Shown: positions 21,468-31,015 of the stretch, piece by piece | Position numbering within the stretch: the first letter of the stretch is position 1 | How the letters are laid out: every line of letters starts with the position of its first letter | Source: Rhodothermales bacterium | Lineage (GTDB): Bacteria > Bacteroidota > Rhodothermia > Rhodothermales > Bin80 | Assembly (NCBI GenBank): GCA_965208025.1 | Contig: OZ242302.1 | Span: 247,485 to 311,484, forward strand | Length of the DNA stretch: 64,000 nucleotides | Direction: 5' to 3' | Notes under the pieces: model-generated | Seen by the model: only the letters and a program-made list of their open reading frames with translations | What the model was told of the DNA's origin: nothing | Database searches by the model: none | Translations under genes and position numbers: made by a program

Positions 21468-22040
21468 TTCCCGTGCAACCCTCTGGAATAAAGGGCTTGG
21501 CATTTTTCGGTGAAGTCCTCCCTTGCGGTTACTCCCTCCCGTCCTGCTGCATGGGTCACTTCCTTCGTTCCACGTTCATTCATATGCTCCTCTGTATCAA
21601 ATCTCCGCACATTGTGCCATCTCACAAACTCATCGGCCATACCTCACGCATTCAAACCTTAAAGTGACCAACTACAGTTGGTGCCACCCGAGTTTGTACA
21701 GCCACGATAGATGTTCACTAGATATGGTCCTATGATACCGAGTCAAAAGGTGAGAGTTAATTGATTGTGGCTTAGCAATCTAAGATATTTGAATGCCCTC
21801 AGAGCCAGAGAGGGTTCTGTTGGTATAGAATGAGAATCCTCTATTTTGAGCAATCACAACGGCATTTCATCGGATGCGTCCGTGTGTAGAACCAATAAAA
21901 TGGAATATGGAGAAGCAAGTTCTCGGTTTGATCATTTGAGCTCCTGTGGTAAAGAACGATTTCCCATAGGTGCCTAGTGGACTTTAACCGAATCAAGTGA
22001 GGATTGAAGGCGAACTATACCATTGCAGGCAGAAATCGCA
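21399..22040 (-). mobile_element. Group II intron RNA, ORF-less or 5'-truncated (3' end well defined, 5' boundary uncertain)
   Basis: Canonical domain V and VI sit at the 3' end (next feature). Further upstream on the minus strand are CCUAUGGGAA (~21975) and GCUAAGCC (~21770), which resemble the two halves of a tetraloop-receptor motif in domain I. No RT/maturase ORF is present. The whole pgk-to-MTase spacer otherwise lacks a credible CDS. Confidence 0.6.
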
Positions 22041-22050
22041 ACATAGAATG

Positions 22051-23271
22051 TCATTGGCGTAGTTCAGTCTGACGATCTGTAAGAACTTCCAGTGCAGGTA
22101 GTTTATCCCCTTCCAAGAACTTGAGCATCGCTCCTCCGCCTGTTGATACATGGGATACTTCTCGGTCAAGGTTCGCCTGTTTGATTGCAGCAACAGAATC
22201 ACCACCACCTACAATGGTTACTGCACCTCTTCCAGTCGCACTAGCCATGGCTCGTGCCATCGCAATTGTACCAGATGAAAATTCTGGGACTTCAAAGACC
22301 CCCATCGGACCATTCCATATACAAGTTTGGGCTTGGCTAATTAAGTCAGAGTAACGAGCTACCGTTTCGGGACCGATATCAAATCCAGACAGACCATCGT
22401 CAATTGATTCTGATAGCGTCTGAGAGGATTGGGGCTCGGAGAGAGAATTGCTGACAACATGATCGCTGGGGAGCAGAAGTTTGCCTTCTGCATGGTCAAG
22501 CATTTCTCGGGCATCAGTTAAGCGATCGTCTTCTACGAGAGAAGTACCAACGGCAATCCCCTTGGCCTTCAGAAAGGTATAGGCCATTGCACCCCCAATA
22601 AGAATATGGTCAACGATTCCCAATAGATTCGTAATCACGCCCATCTTATCCGACACCTTTGCACCTCCCAACAGTGCAACCATTGGCCGGGCAGGAGACT
22701 CGAGAGCATGACCCAGTTGGTTCAATTCTTTTTCCAAGAGAAAACCAGCGGCAGACTGAGAAAAGAGACTGGCTACTCCAACATTTGAAGCATGAGTCCG
22801 ATGTGCTGTACCAAAAGCATCATTCACATAAAGATCTCCAAGTTTCGCAAGTTCGGCCGCAAAAGCAGCATCATTCACCGTTTCTCCAGGAAAGAAACGA
22901 GTATTCTCAAGGAGAATCACGCTTCCATTGGGCATAGTCCGAATTGTCTTCTGGACTACGTTGCCTACGGTTTCACTGGAGAAGCGAAGGCTCGAATTCA
23001 AGAGTTCGCTAAGACGATCGGCAACAGGAGCGAGACTGAACTTCTGGTCGGGTTTCCCTTTGGGACGTCCAAGATGGCTGAGGAGAACTGCTTTCCCCCC
23101 TGCTTCGGTGATCCATTGGATCGTGGGGAGTGCTGCGAGAATTCGAGTATCATCCGCTACATTGTACCGACTGGAATCAGATGATAATTCCAGGGGAACA
23201 TTGAAGTCAACACGGACGAGTACACACTTGCCATGCAAATCCAAGTCTTTAAGTGTTAATTTTTGCATCAA
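22051..23271 (-). CDS. pgk: Phosphoglycerate kinase
   Basis: 406 aa. VLVRVDFNVP, a GRPKG-type block and GGGDS...STGGGA motifs are present. Confidence 0.97.
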   Translation of the reverse strand: MMQKLTLKDLDLHGKCVLVRVDFNVPLELSSDSSRYNVADDTRILAALPTIQWITEAGGKAVLLSHLGRPKGKPDQKFSLAPVADRLSELLNSSLRFSSETVGNVVQKTIRTMPNGSVILLENTRFFPGETVNDAAFAAELAKLGDLYVNDAFGTAHRTHASNVGVASLFSQSAAGFLLEKELNQLGHALESPARPMVALLGGAKVSDKMGVITNLLGIVDHILIGGAMAYTFLKAKGIAVGTSLVEDDRLTDAREMLDHAEGKLLLPSDHVVSNSLSEPQSSQTLSESIDDGLSGFDIGPETVARYSDLISQAQTCIWNGPMGVFEVPEFSSGTIAMARAMASATGRGAVTIVGGGDSVAAIKQANLDREVSHVSTGGGAMLKFLEGDKLPALEVLTDRQTELRQ

Positions 23272-23285
23272 CAGTCATGCTGATT

Positions 23286-24296
23286 TCAACCAGCTTTTTG
23301 AACAAGCAATGCGGCAATGTCAATCACCCGATTCGCATACCCCCACTCATTGTCATACCAGCCAAGAACCTTGACGGTATTCCCCTGAACCATTGTTGCG
23401 AGGCTGTCAAAAATCACTGAGTGAGAATTATGTATGATGTCAATTGACACAATTGGATCTTCACAAAAATCCAGGACTCCTTGGAGTGATCCATGAGCAG
23501 CGGCCTTAAAGATAGAATTGACCTCTTCTTTGGATGGTGAGGCATTCACTTGAACCGTCAGGTCAGTGAGCGAACCATTGGGGATGGGAACACGAAGTGC
23601 CATTCCATCAAGTTTCCCCTTCATGTGGGGTAACACAAGCCCGACAGCTTTGGCGGCGCCAGTTGTGGTGGGTACGATAGAATATGCTGCCGCACGTGCA
23701 CGTCTCAAATCCGCATGAGGGGCATCCTGAATCCTCTGTCCACTTGTATACGCATGAACCGTAGTCATCAGGCCGCTCTGAATTCCGAATGCTTCATCTA
23801 CGACTTTAATCATAGGCGCAATACAGTTGGTTGTGCAACTGGCATTTGAAATAATGTCTTCTTTTCCAGTGAGAATACTCTCATTCACGCCTAAGACAAC
23901 TGTGGCATCAACTTCATCTTTGGCAGGTGCAGAAATGACAACTTTACGAGCGCCAGCTTCAAGGTGCTTTGAGGCGGCGGCTCTGCTTCGGAAGAAACCT
24001 GTGGACTCAATGACAATATCACAGCCCAAAGATGACCAAGGTAAATTTGATGGATCACGTTCACTAAGCACAGGGATCCTATGGTGATCAATACAAAGTG
24101 TATCGCCGTCCACAGACACCTCTCCTGCCCATTTGCCATGTACGGAGTCATATTTGAATAAGTGTGCAAGCGTCTGAGCGTCGGTGAGATCATTGACCGC
24201 AACAATATCAAAGGTGGTGAGGTTTCGTTCAAGAACTGAGCGGAGTGCAAGACGGCCAATGCGGCCGAATCCATTGATTGCAAGCTTATAAGACAT
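23286..24296 (-). CDS. gap: Type I glyceraldehyde-3-phosphate dehydrogenase
   Basis: 336 aa. INGFGRIGR NAD-binding motif, active-site SNASCTTNC, and C-terminal WYDNEWGY. Confidence 0.97.
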   Translation of the reverse strand: MSYKLAINGFGRIGRLALRSVLERNLTTFDIVAVNDLTDAQTLAHLFKYDSVHGKWAGEVSVDGDTLCIDHHRIPVLSERDPSNLPWSSLGCDIVIESTGFFRSRAAASKHLEAGARKVVISAPAKDEVDATVVLGVNESILTGKEDIISNASCTTNCIAPMIKVVDEAFGIQSGLMTTVHAYTSGQRIQDAPHADLRRARAAAYSIVPTTTGAAKAVGLVLPHMKGKLDGMALRVPIPNGSLTDLTVQVNASPSKEEVNSIFKAAAHGSLQGVLDFCEDPIVSIDIIHNSHSVIFDSLATMVQGNTVKVLGWYDNEWGYANRVIDIAALLVQKAG

Positions 24297-24489
24297 TACT
24301 GTATTACGAATTAAGGTTAGATTGAGTGATTTGAAAAACTATAGTTTACCGTTATGAGTTAAAGATCAAGGTATACTTGTTTTTCATTTGAGCATTCCTT
24401 GCAGAAAAGTGTAAAACGAGTAAGAATTAAAAATGATTACGATAGAGGTCAATGCCTCTATCAAGATTGAACCAATCAAATCTGATTAA

Positions 24490-25191
24490 ATGGCAAAAAT
24501 TAAGGCTCCACGGGGGGTGATAGGACAAACTGCTAGTCAAAAGAGTGAATCCGCAACGAGTTGGTATTCACCTGTGTTAGCATTTTATTACGGAAATCAA
24601 CGCATCGTGACTGGACTGGCAATTGGCATTATTTTGGTGATAGCTGGCATCTTTGGATATAACTATATCCAGGGAGAGCGTGATGTTCAGGCGCAGGAAC
24701 TCCTTGGAGAAATCATACTCGAGTTTGAACGAGGAGAATACCGTATTGCACTGGACGGAAGTGGTGAGATCCTCGGTCTCCTTGATATTGTGGAACGTTA
24801 CGGCGAGACTCGTGCCGGAAATACAGCTAGGTTTTATGCTGGCAATGCCCACTTTGAACTGCAGGAGTATGATAGTGCACTGGTTCAGTTTGAAAATTAT
24901 GATGTAAGTGACGACTTTATCGGTGCCAGTGTCACTGCGGGGCGTGCTGCAATTCATGAATTAAACGGAGAACTGGTAATCGCCGCTGATCTCTTTCTGC
25001 AAGCCGCTGACATGGATGAGAATCCGACGCGTGCTCCCTATTACCTTCGCTCAGCTGTGCGTGCTTATGTGGAAGCAGAACAATTTGAAGAAGCGGAGGA
25101 GGTAATCCAGGATGCCATTGAAAATTATCCGGAAACGGATCTTCTGGACGAATTCAATTTCATGCTTGGCCTTGTTCTGGCTCGTCAGTAA
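24490..25191 (+). CDS. Membrane-anchored TPR-like protein (YfgM-like layout)
   Basis: One N-terminal TM helix (IVTGLAIGIILVIAGIFGY) followed by a helical repeat region rich in A/E/Y/F. Confidence 0.5.
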   Translation: MAKIKAPRGVIGQTASQKSESATSWYSPVLAFYYGNQRIVTGLAIGIILVIAGIFGYNYIQGERDVQAQELLGEIILEFERGEYRIALDGSGEILGLLDIVERYGETRAGNTARFYAGNAHFELQEYDSALVQFENYDVSDDFIGASVTAGRAAIHELNGELVIAADLFLQAADMDENPTRAPYYLRSAVRAYVEAEQFEEAEEVIQDAIENYPETDLLDEFNFMLGLVLARQ

Positions 25192-25199
25192 TCATTAAT

Positions 25200-26390
25200 A
25201 TGTCTGCTCCCCGCGTGCTTGTTGTTGATGATGAAGTAAGCATACGAAGGACGCTTCGAGAAATTCTTGAATATGAAGGTCTTGAGGTTGACGAAGCAAC
25301 AGATGGAGATTCAGCTCTCGCAAAATTGAGAAAACGAACCTATGATCTCGTTCTTCTGGACATTAAGATGCCGAAGAAGGATGGATTACAGGTTCTTGCA
25401 AAATGTACTGAAGTCTGGCCTGAACTACCTGTCATCATGATCAGTGGTCATGCGGATATCAAGACTGCTGTTGAAGCTACTCAATCGGGTGCGTTCCATT
25501 TTATTGAAAAGCCACCCGATCTGCAACATCTGTTAGTTACGGTTCGATCTGCACTGGAGCGTGGGAAAGTTGTAACCGAAAATCGCCGTTTGCGACAAAC
25601 CCTTAAGCAACAACAGGGGAGTGTTCTTTTGCCAATGCATGGGGAGAGTCCTGCGATGCAATCGGTTAAGGAACTCATTGCCCGAGTCGGCCCCACCGAA
25701 GCCCGTGTATTAATCAGTGGGGAACCAGGAACAGGGAAAGAATTAGCCGCACGTTGGATCCATTCTCGGAGTCTTCGCTCAGATGGTCCAATGGTTGAAG
25801 TGAACTGTGCGGCAATTCCAGCAGAACTGATTGAGAGCGAACTTTTTGGCCATGAAAAAGGCTCGTTTACTGGAGCCAATCGGCAGAGAATCGGCAAATT
25901 TGAACAGGCTCATGGGGGGACTCTATTTCTTGATGAGATCGGTGATATGAGTATGCCCGCACAAGCCAAGGTTCTCAGAGTGTTGCAGGAAAATAAACTT
26001 ACACGAGTCGGTGGGGAACGCAGCATCAAGGTGGATGTACGGGTGATTGCCGCTTCAAACAAAGATTTACGCGATTCAATCTCGGATGGCAATTTTCGGG
26101 AAGATTTATATCACAGACTCAGTGTGATTCTAGTATGCATGCCCCCAGTCAGGGAGCGTAAAGGTGATGTCCCGATTTTACTTGAACACTTTGCATCACA
26201 ACTTACCAAACGTAATGGCCTTCAACCAAAACATTTCTCAAGCCAAGCCATAGAGAAACTTTCTTCTCTTCCATGGCGGGGAAATGTTCGGGAAATCAGT
26301 AATGTAGTTGAACGACTTATGATTCTGAGTGAGCAGGATACTGTAACTCTGAAGGACATTGAGCGTCTGGTACTGCCCGCTTACCAATAG
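25200..26390 (+). CDS. Sigma-54-dependent response regulator (REC + AAA+), apparently lacking a C-terminal HTH
   Basis: REC domain (VLVVDDE...DLVLLDIKMP). AAA+ Walker A GEPGTGKE, GAFTGA-type loop EKGSFTGA, Walker B LFLDEIGD. The protein ends ~10 aa after the AAA+ lid (VERLMILSEQDTVTLKDIERLVLPAYQ). Confidence 0.85.
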   Translation: MSAPRVLVVDDEVSIRRTLREILEYEGLEVDEATDGDSALAKLRKRTYDLVLLDIKMPKKDGLQVLAKCTEVWPELPVIMISGHADIKTAVEATQSGAFHFIEKPPDLQHLLVTVRSALERGKVVTENRRLRQTLKQQQGSVLLPMHGESPAMQSVKELIARVGPTEARVLISGEPGTGKELAARWIHSRSLRSDGPMVEVNCAAIPAELIESELFGHEKGSFTGANRQRIGKFEQAHGGTLFLDEIGDMSMPAQAKVLRVLQENKLTRVGGERSIKVDVRVIAASNKDLRDSISDGNFREDLYHRLSVILVCMPPVRERKGDVPILLEHFASQLTKRNGLQPKHFSSQAIEKLSSLPWRGNVREISNVVERLMILSEQDTVTLKDIERLVLPAYQ

Positions 26391-26509
26391 GCTATGGTCT
26401 CTAATCCATTCAGCGTGAGAGGATCAGAAGCATGGTTGTCAACCGCTACGATTCAATTACTGGTAAAGACACTAGTATACGGGGGAATGAATCCGTAACC
26501 AACCAAACT

Positions 26510-27790
26510 ATGATTCAACTGAACAAGTTTGTACGGGAATATCATGGAAGACTGTTTGCAGTATTACTCATATGTTTACTACTGTTCATTCAAAATCAGG
26601 CGAATGCCCAGGCTGGTTCGGGGGAACGGCTCAGAGTATTTCTTGACTGTGATTACTGCGATGAATCACATATCCGATCCGAATTAGATTTTGTTAACTA
26701 TGTCCGAGACCCCAGTCAAGCAGATGTACATGTATTTGTAACAACCAGCTTCACCGTATTGAGTGGGAGACAGTATGATTTATCGTTTATTGGACGGGGT
26801 GATTACGAAAAATCCGAACTGAATCTTACCAGAGTCCTCTCCCCAGATGCATCTGCGGAAGACAGAAGGGCTGCGGTCAATGAAGCTCTTCGTTTGGGAT
26901 TTGCTCCATTCATCGGAAATAATGATGTGACCGATTTGTACACCCTATCTTATTCAGATAGAGAATCAGTTGAAGCGGAGCAATTATTGACTCGGGATCC
27001 ATGGAGGCATTGGGTATTTAACCTGTACGGGGGCGATTTTGAATTGGATTTAGAGTCAAATCGCACGGTATTTGATTCTCGTTGGGGGTTCTATGCTGAC
27101 CACCGAAGTGAGGATTGGAAGGCCAGGATCCGGCCATACTTCAATTATGACCTTGTACGAATTCAGCGGGATAATCGTCCCGATGTTCGCAGCAGCATTA
27201 GTCGACATGGCTTGGACAGCTATGTGATTAGAAGTTTGGGACCTCACTGGTCAGCAGGTTTTTTTCTTGATTATGTAACTCGCAATGATCGCAATCTAAA
27301 ACATTGGATTTCAATGGAACCTGGTATTGAGTACAGTCTTTTCCCGTACCAAGTTGCTACTCGAAGGGCGATCACTTTTGTATACCGCATTGGACTTCGA
27401 TATGCCGACTATTTTGAAACAACTATATTCGGTGAAACACAGAAATGGTTACCCCGCCACGAGTTGGATGCCACGGTAGCGATCCGCCGTCCATGGGGGG
27501 ATATATTTAGTGGACTGGAAGGATCTCAGTACTTGCATGATCCCACAAAACAACGTGCAGAATTTTTTGCGAGCATTTCTGTACGTTTGTTTGAAGGGTT
27601 CTCGTTGGAATTCCAGGGCAGGTTTGAAATGATTCGAGATCAACTCTCATTACCAGGCGGAGAGTTGTTACTCGAGGAAATCCTTCTTCAACAACGGGAA
27701 CTGGCGACCGACTATTATGCCAGTACAAGTATTGCTTTTTCATACACCTTCGGCTCAAAGTTTGCCAACGTAGTCAATACCCGATTCTGA
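26510..27790 (+). CDS. Hypothetical outer-membrane beta-barrel protein
   Basis: Signal peptide LFAVLLICLLLFIQNQANAQ directly after Met at 26510 (the track ORF starts at 26432). Alternating aromatic/polar pattern; C-terminus ...FANVVNTRF ends in Phe. Function unknown. Confidence 0.55.
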   Translation: MIQLNKFVREYHGRLFAVLLICLLLFIQNQANAQAGSGERLRVFLDCDYCDESHIRSELDFVNYVRDPSQADVHVFVTTSFTVLSGRQYDLSFIGRGDYEKSELNLTRVLSPDASAEDRRAAVNEALRLGFAPFIGNNDVTDLYTLSYSDRESVEAEQLLTRDPWRHWVFNLYGGDFELDLESNRTVFDSRWGFYADHRSEDWKARIRPYFNYDLVRIQRDNRPDVRSSISRHGLDSYVIRSLGPHWSAGFFLDYVTRNDRNLKHWISMEPGIEYSLFPYQVATRRAITFVYRIGLRYADYFETTIFGETQKWLPRHELDATVAIRRPWGDIFSGLEGSQYLHDPTKQRAEFFASISVRLFEGFSLEFQGRFEMIRDQLSLPGGELLLEEILLQQRELATDYYASTSIAFSYTFGSKFANVVNTRF

Positions 27791-28476
27791 TGGAGGCGCG
27801 TTTAGTAGCAGATGATCTGCATAAGGGCTTTATGACGGGGGCAGGGGGGAAGTTGGAAGTACTGCGGGGAGTATCCTTAACGGTTAATCCGGGAGAGGTG
27901 GTTGCTGTTATGGGGGACAGCGGAACGGGGAAAACGACACTGCTCCATTTATTGGGTGCGCTTGATCGTCCTGATCAAGGGGCTGTACTGTATGATGGGG
28001 AGGATATTTTCCAGCAGAGTGACGACGCACTCAGCCGCTGGAGAAACAGATCCATAGGATTTATATTTCAGTTTCACCATTTACTTCCTGAATTTAGTGC
28101 GTTAGAGAATGTGGCAATGCCCGCACTCATTGGCGGTACAACACTTCGTAAGGCGCAGCAGAGGGCGCGGTTGCTCCTTGACCAATTAGGACTCGGCTCC
28201 CGTCTCACCCATCGTCCCTCTGAGCTATCGGGTGGCGAGCAACAACGCGTTGCTGTAGCTCGTGCGTTAATGAATCAACCTGCGCTTGTGTTGGCCGACG
28301 AGCCGTCTGGCAGTTTGGATACGAAAACAGCTGGTGCACTGCATCAGGAAATACTGAAACTGAGTCGGACCCATCATCAGGCATTCTTGATTGCAACCCA
28401 TAACCCTGCCTTGAGTCAACTATGTGATCGTGTCCTTGTCTTAAACGGTGGCCAACTGACTCAACGAATGGTTTAA
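27790..28476 (+). CDS. ABC transporter ATP-binding protein, LolD/FtsE-like
   Basis: Walker A GDSGTGKTT, signature LSGGEQQR, Walker B LVLADEPSGSLD. The start overlaps the previous stop (ATGA-type coupling). Confidence 0.85.
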   Translation: MEARLVADDLHKGFMTGAGGKLEVLRGVSLTVNPGEVVAVMGDSGTGKTTLLHLLGALDRPDQGAVLYDGEDIFQQSDDALSRWRNRSIGFIFQFHHLLPEFSALENVAMPALIGGTTLRKAQQRARLLLDQLGLGSRLTHRPSELSGGEQQRVAVARALMNQPALVLADEPSGSLDTKTAGALHQEILKLSRTHHQAFLIATHNPALSQLCDRVLVLNGGQLTQRMV

Positions 28477-28568
28477 TAACCATTCCTGCGTTATATTTTA
28501 TTGCCACAAAAGTATTTATTGGACGTTGCAAGTGAGTAGAGAGAGCAACTTAGGTTATCGTTGCAAAC

Positions 28569-29581
28569 TTGAAAGTCATGCCTGTATCCGAAAATCATCT
28601 GAACGTCAAATTAGAACAGTTGGGCTTCATTGATACCCCAATTGCTCCTACTTTGGATCTCTATGAGGAGATTGATGCTCTCAAGAAGAAAAAGAATGCC
28701 ATCCTTCTTGCGCATTATTATCAAGAGCCTGCGATTCAAGATGTAGCTGATTTTATTGGGGATTCGTTAGGACTCTCCCGTCAAGCGGCAGAAACCTCTG
28801 CGGATATCATTGTATTTGCAGGCGTTCACTTCATGGCAGAGACAGCCAAAATTCTCTGCCCCGAAAAAAAGTCTTACTCCCCGACTTAAATGCTGGCTGC
28901 TCTCTGGCGGATACATGCCCCGCCGTTGAATTTCAAGTATTCTGTGATCAGCATGCGGATCATTTGGTCATGTCGTACATCAACTGCTCCGCTGCGGTAA
29001 AAGCCAGAAGTGACATCATTTGTACTTCAACCAATGCGGAGCATCTACTGCGAATGATTCCAGAATCTCAACCCGTCATATTTGCACCAGATCGTAATTT
29101 AGGCCGTTGGCTTGAACGTAGGACGGGACGGAGTTTGAAAATCTGGGATGGTGTCTGCATTGTTCATGAGACGTTCAGTGAGCGGAAGTTGCTCGCCTTG
29201 AAGGTGGAGTTTCCCGCTGCAAAGGTACTTGCACATCCGGAGTGTGAGGAAGCAGTTCTGCGTCATGCCGATTTTGTCGGTTCAACCAGTGGTATTCGTC
29301 GGTTCGCAAAAGAGGATGAGGGCACCTCCTTCATCATTGCAACCGAGGAGGGAATTTTGCACCAGATGCAAAAAGATTCTCCCCATAAACATTTTATTCC
29401 TGCTCCACCTGAAAGTGGATGTAATTGTAGTCAGTGTCCACACATGAGACTCAATACCATAGAAAAACTCTACTCGTGCATGTACCACGAGTTACCAGAG
29501 ATTCGTATGGATGAAACGATACGTAAGCGAGCGCTTCGTCCCATTGAGCGAATGATTGAAATGAGTGAGGGAGTATCCTAA
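28569..29581 (+). pseudogene. nadA: Quinolinate synthase NadA split by a 1-nt deletion in an A7 run (28864-28870)
   Basis: ORF1 ends ...[20 protein letters not shown] then goes out of frame (SYSPT*). The next frame reads [21 protein letters not shown]...MSYINCSAAVKA, continuing into ORF2 (28964..29581). Adding one A restores a single ~337-aa NadA. Confidence 0.85.
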
Positions 29582-29602
29582 TAATATCAGTATGCTTTTG
29601 AT

Positions 29603-29622
29603 ATGAGATAAATGCATCTCAT
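29603..29622 (+). terminator. Hairpin downstream of nadA (possible terminator)
   Basis: ATGAGAT-aaatgc-ATCTCAT, a 7-bp stem, ~20 nt after the nadA stop, followed by a pyrimidine/T-rich stretch. Confidence 0.3.
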
Positions 29623-29681
29623 CCTATTCTGTTGTGATGCCCCTCACATGGTTCCGAAGATGCTTCACGCGATGGCATGGA

Positions 29682-29692
29682 GATCAAGCCTG
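29682..29692 (+). repeat. Left copy of 11-bp direct repeat GATCAAGCCTG bracketing the 29.7-36.6 kb accessory block
   Basis: An identical 11-mer occurs at 36614-36624. Both copies sit in the short spacers between accessory genes and backbone genes (nadA on the left, OMP gene on the right). Confidence 0.4.
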
Positions 29693-29725
29693 ACTTTCCG
29701 TGAAAAGGGGATCAAGTCAGCAGTG

Positions 29726-29733
29726 AATTTTCG
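29726..29733. repeat. Target-site duplication (left) of the ISL3 element: AATTTTCG
   Basis: An identical 8-mer directly abuts the other IS end at 31016-31023. Confidence 0.8.
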
Positions 29734-31015
29734 GGTTCTACCACAATTTGTGTGGAATGAGTATATTTCGGCGAACTAAACCTACTCAATTTCATGTCAA
29801 ATTTCATAGATTTATTTATGCGCTACACTCTGGATCTCACTCCTGAGTGGCAGCTTGACCGAATCACTTTGGATCCAACGTCTCACCGGATTGATGTATA
29901 TCTTCGCCATTCGGGAGAGAATCTTGTTTGTCCAGAAACGGGGGAATCTGGGACGTTGTATGACCACCGCAAGGAGCGTTCGTGGCGTCATATTGACTGG
30001 TGTCAATCCAAGAGTTATATCCACTGTCGTATCCCTCGGGTCAAGTCTTCAAAGGGAATCAAGACGATTAAGCTTCCTTGGGCAGATTCATCCAGTCGTG
30101 TAACCTATGCCTTTGAGCGCGCTGCGATTGATCTGTTGAAAGCAACCAAAAATCAAACCAGCACCGCCAAGCTTCTACGGTGTGGATTTAACCAACTGAA
30201 TCGGATCATGCATCGTAGTGTAGAGCGCGGATTAGCACGTAGGGATCTGGGAGAGATCCCCCATATCGGTGTGGATGAGAAAGCACTCAAACGGGGGCAT
30301 GTCTATGGGACCGTGGTAACAGATTCCACACGGGGGATTGTCCTTGATGTGGGGGAGGGAAAGACCAAAGAAGGCGCTATAGTGCTGTTTGAGCGTGTGT
30401 TTGAGGGAATGAAGGAGAAGGTCGTAACGGTGACGACGGACATGTTAAAGGCGTTTATTCGCGCCGTTGAACGAGTCTTTCCGAACGCAACCTTGATTCA
30501 TGATCGGTTTCATCTGATTCAGGATCTGAACAAAGCAATCAATCAGGTGCGCAGACGGGAAGTGAAGAGCCATCCCGAGTTGAAAGGGACGCGTTATGTG
30601 CTTTTGAAGAACGAAAAGAACCGTACGGCCAAGCAAGACGAGATCTTCAAAGTCGTTCAAGAAGCCAACTTGGAAGTCAGTCACGCCTGGCGGGTACGCG
30701 AAGAGTTTAAAGGGATCTTTGAGTGTAGTTCCTTCGCCGAAGCAAAGAGGTATTTTGATCTCTGGCTAAAGAGTGTTGAGCAGATGGGCGTCAGGGAAGT
30801 CACCAAGGTGGGGGAAAGGTTTCAGCGACATTTTGATGGCGTCTGTAATGCACTTTCCCACTCACAATCCAACGCCAAGGCAGAACGCATTAACGGCAAA
30901 ATTCAAGAAATCAAAACGGTCGGGAGAGGATACCGAACGTTTGAAAAATTCAGAAGTGCGATTCTATTCTTCTGTGGAGGCTTAGACCTCTATCCACAAG
31001 GTTCGGGGTAGAACC
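29734..31015 (+). mobile_element. Intact ISL3-family insertion sequence (1282 bp)
   Basis: Imperfect ~28-bp terminal inverted repeats: GGTTCTACCACAATTTGTGTGGAATGAG versus the reverse complement of the right end, GGTTCTACCCCGAACCTTGTGGATAGAG. Flanked by the 8-bp direct repeat AATTTTCG, and contains a single transposase ORF. Confidence 0.88.
29794..31011 (+). CDS. ISL3 family transposase
   Basis: 405 aa. N-terminal zinc-ribbon-like region (RHSGENLVCPETGESGTLYDHRKERSWRH), then IGVDEKALKRGHVYGTVVTD, VTTDMLKAF and SNAKAERINGKIQEIK, typical of DDE_Tnp_ISL3. Confidence 0.9.
   Translation: MSNFIDLFMRYTLDLTPEWQLDRITLDPTSHRIDVYLRHSGENLVCPETGESGTLYDHRKERSWRHIDWCQSKSYIHCRIPRVKSSKGIKTIKLPWADSSSRVTYAFERAAIDLLKATKNQTSTAKLLRCGFNQLNRIMHRSVERGLARRDLGEIPHIGVDEKALKRGHVYGTVVTDSTRGIVLDVGEGKTKEGAIVLFERVFEGMKEKVVTVTTDMLKAFIRAVERVFPNATLIHDRFHLIQDLNKAINQVRRREVKSHPELKGTRYVLLKNEKNRTAKQDEIFKVVQEANLEVSHAWRVREEFKGIFECSSFAEAKRYFDLWLKSVEQMGVREVTKVGERFQRHFDGVCNALSHSQSNAKAERINGKIQEIKTVGRGYRTFEKFRSAILFFCGGLDLYPQGSG

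Noticed and set aside
21800-22000. RNase P RNA-like strings on the minus strand (AAAGUCC at ~21990 and ACAGAACCC at ~21815).
   Set aside because: The two motifs are only ~175 nt apart, versus roughly 270-300 nt in bacterial type A RNase P RNA. The surrounding conserved regions (GAGGAAAGUCCGGGC, GGUAAGAGCGCACC) are absent. The region is better explained as group II intron domain I-IV sequence.
26391-26510. Possible sigma-54 promoter (TGGTTGTCAACCGC) downstream of the sigma-54 activator gene.
   Set aside because: The GG-to-GC spacing is off by one relative to the TGGCAC-N5-TTGC consensus, and the flanking consensus bases are missing.
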